DNA of 41,627 nucleotides from positions 1-41,627 of the forward strand of contig NW_021835290.1 of the NCBI RefSeq assembly GCF_006345805.1. The letters are read 5' to 3'. The notes under the pieces were generated by a model. It searched no databases. It worked only from the letters and a program-made list of their open reading frames with translations, and was not told the DNA's origin. A program made the translations under genes and the position numbers. This document shows positions 36,532 to 41,627 of this stretch, piece after piece. The DNA is from Octopus sinensis. Lineage: Eukaryota. Each line of letters opens with the position of its first letter. The stretch's first letter is position 1.

Positions 36532-36710
36532 ATGGACGATAAAAAAGTGCTGCAGAGTTTGTTAGTGTGTGTATATTATGTTGCCGTCCTTAAAATAAAC
36601 CCTTCGAGAGCTGAAAGTTGTATCGGAACTGGACCTTGTACTTGTGATTTCTACGGCTGGAAGTTTGATTTACGACCCCTAACCGAGTCAGTCGCACCAG
36701 ATAAACCTCT
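36532..36710 (+). CDS. First coding exon of a secretory-pathway protein with a mannose-6-phosphate receptor homology (CD-M6PR/ATG27-like) domain; partial
   Basis: Kozak-like acgATGg. Translates MDDKKVLQSLLVCVYYVAVLKINPSRAESCIGTGPCTCDFYGWKFDLRPLTESVAPDKPL: a signal-like segment, then C-x5-C-x-C...FDLRPL typical of MRH N-termini. Phase-2 donor gtatgt at 36711. No downstream exon recognised in the window. Confidence 0.65.
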
Positions 36711-37127
36711 GTATGTACACCAATAATCTTATTTCTTTCTCCAACTTGTTCCTCTCTATTTACTGTTTCTTCCTCTGATGCTATTTGGCTTATCGCTTTA
36801 TACATCCATCACCCTATATACGCACACACAAGCTGTTGAGTATACACAGACACATATGTTTATCCATTTCTATTCCGTCGTTCTAAATATGGCTTGAGAA
36901 AAGTTTAACAACTTTTATAAATGTTCAAGTTCCGTTATATGTGTGTTGTCTAAGATTCGTATAATTCGGAAGAAAGCTACACTCGTATTTCTCAATAAAG
37001 TGAGTATATTAATCAAAAGTATACAATAGTATATATATATATATATATATAAATATTGGTAAGATAACAAAAGAAAGAAAGAGACCTCAATATTATGTAA
37101 ATAGAGGAAATTTATCTGTAAAATAAT

Positions 37128-37236
37128 ATGTGACAATTATTCAATAGCCAAGATAACCGAAGAGATGGTGTTGTGGATTTCCACCTCGGCATCCGAAACT
37201 CAGAGTTTTATCTTGGCTATTGAATAATTGTCACAT
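37128..37236 (+). ncRNA. Hammerhead-like motif closed by a perfect 29-bp stem
   Basis: Arms 37128-37156 and 37208-37236 are exact reverse complements. Between them lies CCGAAGA-gatg...catc-c-GAAA-ctcagag-TT. The core has U4 changed to C. Confidence 0.6.
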
Positions 37237-38067
37237 TATTTTAGATATATATATATATATGGCATCCTTTCGATAAAATTGAAAGAATGTCATATATGTA
37301 TATATACACACATACGATTGTTTATTTCATAATAAAATAATAATTTAACCTCTCCATGAAAAAAATTAATATGAATAACTTTTCTGATAGTTTTTTTTTT
37401 AATTTCAATGATTAGATGTTTACAAATCTTTTATCTAATCATTAAGATTCTTTCTTATTCAGTTTTAATAATAGCAGTTGTGTGTATATGTGTTTGTATA
37501 TGTATATATGTGTGTGTACTTTATTAAAAAGTATTGAGTAGTCATTCAGTTTAATGTTAATTTTTATATATAACTTAAACACAAACATTAATATATATGG
37601 CAATCTTTCGTCTCTAAGATCGCCGTTGCGAAGATATAGATGCCTCTTGAAGGGATGTTGACATACAAGTTCCCCGGTTTTATCCTGTGTATCGGTGAAA
37701 TGCTAAAATGTTGCCTTCTCAGTCGATTGAGATGTGATTCCTTTTTATATCAATTTCTAACCCTGATGAAATATTCAACTCAATATATTCAAAATGCATT
37801 TTTGATTTAATTATTTGTATTGGATATAGAAAACAATTGAAGGTAGTACGAATTTGATAAATTGATGTCTATCTGTCGATTTCTCCAGTTTCTTAAACAT
37901 TATATGTATATATCATAAGGGCACGTAAGGCGCCTATCTGCTAGAAAGAGGGATTAAAACCAATAATAACACGGCAAAATCCGACAGAAAGTCAACAGTA
38001 GTCTGGCGAACGGGCCAAAGAATTTTTCTCTCATTCCTATATAATGCTATATATTTATTGGTATTTG

Positions 38068-38174
38068 TAGTGGCTGTGTGGTAAGTAGTTTGCTTCCCAA
38101 CCACCTTGGGCAACCAAAGCCTTGTAAGTGGATTTGGTAGACGGCAATTGAAAGAAGCCCGTCGTATATATATG

Positions 38175-38209
<35 letters not shown>

Positions 38210-38414
38210 GTTTACTTGTGTATCTGTGTTTGTCCCCCCATCATCGCTTGACAACCGATGGTGGTGCGTTTACGTCCTCGTAACCTAGCGGTTCGGCAAA
38301 AGTGACCGGTAGAATAAGTACTAGGCTTACAAAGAATAAATCCTGGGTTCGATTTGCTCGACTAAAGGCGATGCTCCAGCATGGCTGCAATCAAATGACT
38401 GAAACAAGTAAAAG
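38068..38414 (+). mobile_element. Family B SINE copy with an internal deletion
   Basis: Same unit as 16312-16720. Confidence 0.88.
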
Positions 38415-38429
38415 ATATATATATAGTTG

Positions 38430-39525
38430 GAATTTTAAAAGCAACAAAAGACGAAGACAGGTGTATTAGTATAACACTTGGGAATGTGAGAAAGTCTTTT
38501 ACGTTTCGAATCTACGCTCTTCAACAGAAAGCAACACGAGAAAATAAACAGAGAATTAAAAAATGCTGTAGTGGCTAGATGGAGATGATCAAACAGGAGA
38601 GCTAGGAAGAAGGGGAGATAATAAAGTAGTGGTGATCCTAAAACGAAGGTGTGCATGGGTATGTATGTGAGATTGTATAAGTGTGTGTGGATTGGGGCTG
38701 GTGACCTTGACGTGTGGGTGTATGCATATGTAGGTGTGTGGATGATGGTGTGGGTGCTGGGAAGTGGTCAATGCTAGTGTGTGGAGGGTGGTGTGGGATT
38801 GGGATGTGGATGGATGGGGTAACAATGAAGAGAGAAAGTGAGTAGAAGTGAAGAAAGTAGGTGTCAGGGCAAGAGAGGAGAGGTGGATGGGAGTGAAGAG
38901 AGGAATTAAGTGTGAAAGGAGAGAGGAGGGGAGTTGAGCCCATGTGGCACAAAAGAGCGAAAAGAGAAGATTAATTCCTGTTCACGACGAAGGCGGGAGT
39001 CCGGATGGCCCCTGTGCAAAGACAATCTGAACACAGACAGGTGTTGTAATGAGTGACCAGTAGAGCAGAAATGGCGCGAGACTGGGATGTTGTTGTCGAG
39101 TCTGATGTCTCAGAGGTGTTCTGTGAAGTGGTCAGCCAAGCAGCATCCCATTTGACCAATGTACAGAGAAGGACAGAAAGAGCAGGAGATGCAGTAAGTG
39201 ACATTGCTAGAAGTGCAGGTGAAGGAGTCAGTGATATGATAGGGACAATGATGGTTGCCTGTGCAGCTGGTGGTGTTGGAGAGGTAGGGGCAAGTGAGGC
39301 AGCTTCAGCGGGAGCAGGGGAACAAGCTAGGCTGGGAGGTGGGGTTAGGGAAGAAACTGTGAACCAGGAGGTCACGTAGGTTGTGGGCTTGTTTGAAAGA
39401 GAGGAAGAGTAGGTTAGGGAAGATGTGCGCAGTGGAGGGGTCAGACTAGAGTCGCCGAAAGGCTCGGACAATGGTGCATTGGAGAGGCGGGTTGGTAGGT
39501 GAGGGGAAACAGGAGACAGGTAACA
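38430..39525 (-). mobile_element. Penelope-like element (Neptune-like) 3' remnant: Zn-finger linker, GIY-YIG endonuclease and terminal repeat
   Basis: Minus-strand frame absent from the ORF track: FKQAHNLRDLLVHS...FPCSR*SCLTCPY...FTCTSSNVTYCISCSFCPSLYIGQMGCCLADHFTEHL*DI...VSRHF...REQELIFSFRSFVPHGLN. A hammerhead-like motif lies at 38494-38532. Confidence 0.92.
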
Positions 39526-40261
39526 GTGTGTGTGCATATGTATTTGTATAAGCCTCTATGTATTAAGTTTTGTTTACAAAACCAAACACACACAAAAGGT
39601 GTATCGAATAAACTCTGCTAGAATATTTATTTGAAATATTCATAAAAATAAACCAAACTATTTTGCGAGTTTTCTTTGCCATTTATCTTTCTGGAAGTCA
39701 GTCGTTGGATAACGAACCAGTTGAATGTTGGATGGAATCGGTCATCACCACCCACCCTCAAGATGTATGGCCTTGTCTATAGAAGAATCTTGTTTTGTGC
39801 CTATTTTGCAAACGGCGGGATTCTAGTCTAAACACCCTATGTAACCACATGTAGCTTTTTTAATTTTTGGAATTTTCAGAAAATTTTTGTGAAGTTTTGT
39901 TCTACACATAAAAATTCATATGATTATGGGGGGAAAAAAATGTAAAAAATTTTTTAAGCTTTCTTCCCCTACCCCCATTTCTACTCTTTTTTTTTTTTTT
40001 ACTTTTTTAAAAAATCAGAGTTTATAATATGGATAGTCTGAATTTTTCGCTTGAATTCCTGCAGTGGACCACCTTTGGGTGCATCATGGAGTGAAGGAAT
40101 ATTGAGAAACCTCTTCATGTCAGAGTGGCAAAGAAAAAAAATTAAAAGAAAAAGGCATCAGATGGTCGTGAGATGTGCTAACAACAGCTAAATTGCCTTT
40201 AAATCACACGCAAATTTAAAAAAAAAATTTTTTTTTCATAATCGTATGAAAAATTTGGGAC

Positions 40262-40660
40262 TAATGAAGAATCGCGCCTCACCTTGAAAAATGGATTTTT
40301 CTGCAAAAGTTTATTTGGATTCCCAGGTTTTACATGTCGGAGATTACAAATATGCAAAACGAAAAAAAAAATTTTTTAACTCCCCCAACAAGTTTAAATG
40401 TATTGTTGTATATCAAAGTGTGGAAATTTCATTGAAAGAGGTATGTAACACAAGAATATGGGGATTTTTACAATACCGAAACAATTTCTACAGTTTAGCC
40501 TAAATGAACATAGAAAGTGCACTTAAAATACCTGCTTTAATGACATTTCCACACTTCAATATACAACAATTCGTAATCTCCGACATGTAAAACCTGAGAA
40601 TCCAAATAAACTTTTTCAGAAAAATGCATTTTTCAAGGTGAGGTGAGATTCTGCATTAAC
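40262..40660. mobile_element. Foldback/MITE-like element
   Basis: cctcaccttgaaaaatg...ttatttggattcccaggttttacatgtcggagattac versus its reverse complement at ~40570-40651, plus an inner arm pair at ~40400-40440 / 40535-40570. Confidence 0.85.
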
Positions 40661-41627
40661 ACTCAAAGAATAAAAAAGTTATGAGGGATTATATGGGATG
40701 CTTAAATCAGAATTCTATCTTGCAAACAATTATTTCCTTAAATTTCTTGGGGTTGTATCTCTTTTCCCTTTATTATTTTAATATTTTCTGTTGGTAGCAA
40801 GTTGTCTTTTAAACCCTTACGCCATTTCTGTATTTTTAAGACATTAGCGAATTGTGTTGGAGGTACTTGCTATCATCCCTATCATTGTGTCTTTTCAGGG
40901 ATTACATAGAAATACATTATCCAATGCGCTTTTTAATTTTAAGATGGTATTTTAAGCAAATCGAAGACGACTTCTGCAGAAAGAGCATTCTGTGAAGTAG
41001 GGTTATAATGCTCACTAAATTTTTAACCAGTTACAATTATAACCCCATTCCTCCTCATTGCAGTGTATTTAAGTTTGATTAAATAAAAATGTTCCATGTT
41101 TCCCTCCCTTTCTTTTTCAACTCGCCAAATCCTCTACAGGATTAAGGTCGATTAATTCCCTAAGGGTACCCCTACTAAACTAAGCATTCCATTGTCTAAC
41201 TGACAATATAAATGTAAAATGGCGTACTTACACATGTATACTCACCACGACATTGTCTCCTCATAATTTTCAGGAATCTGTAATGAAATTTTATACGGCG
41301 TAGATTCTGAATATATGTATATAAAATGTGTGTATGTATATATATGTGTATATATGTGTATATATATGTGTATGTATATATGTATGTATATTTATGTATA
41401 TATGTATGTATGTATATATGTATGTATATATGTATGTATGTATATATGTATATATATATATATGTATATATATATTTTTCAAGAACCACCGCCCAGATAG
41501 AGCGAAAGAAACGAGAATTTATCCGTTCATACGCTCTAATCAGGCAACATGTAGACACCCTGGACATCATCCTAGGAGGTGACGGCACCAGGGAAGGTCA
41601 AAAGGATGAAGAAAACATCCAGAACCA

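Noticed and set aside
38971-39537. 188-aa Ser/Pro/Thr-rich ORF and the 108-aa opposite-strand ORF
   Set aside because: Alternative frames of the PLE endonuclease remnant.

Overview
Eukaryotic, AT-rich, repeat-dominated DNA, most likely from an octopus (coleoid cephalopod). That assignment is inferred from the (TA)n/(ATT)n microsatellite load and the tRNA-derived SINE families. Most of the window is decayed transposons: a CR1/L2-type LINE 3' end (1-1875), a degenerate RTE LINE (30660-33050, -), two Penelope-like element (PLE) GIY-YIG remnants (~24.9-25.9 kb and ~38.4-39.5 kb), Merlin and Tc1/mariner transposase fragments, hAT-type and foldback MITEs, and more than 25 SINE copies. The only credible host gene signal is a first coding exon at 36532-36710 (+), encoding a signal peptide and the start of a mannose-6-phosphate-receptor-homology (MRH)-like domain. 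It sits behind a CpG-richer promoter and faces an inverted, pseudogenised copy of itself. The main unannotated signals are: (1) a set of type-I hammerhead ribozyme motifs, one canonical and several variant, mostly in or beside small inverted repeats, two of them sense-strand in the putative intron 1; (2) the head-to-head exon-1 duplication; (3) a LINE/SINE shared 3' tail whose hairpin shows compensatory changes. Nearly all ORFs in the supplied track are microsatellite or repeat artefacts. All alignments and folds were done by eye and repeat boundaries are approximate.
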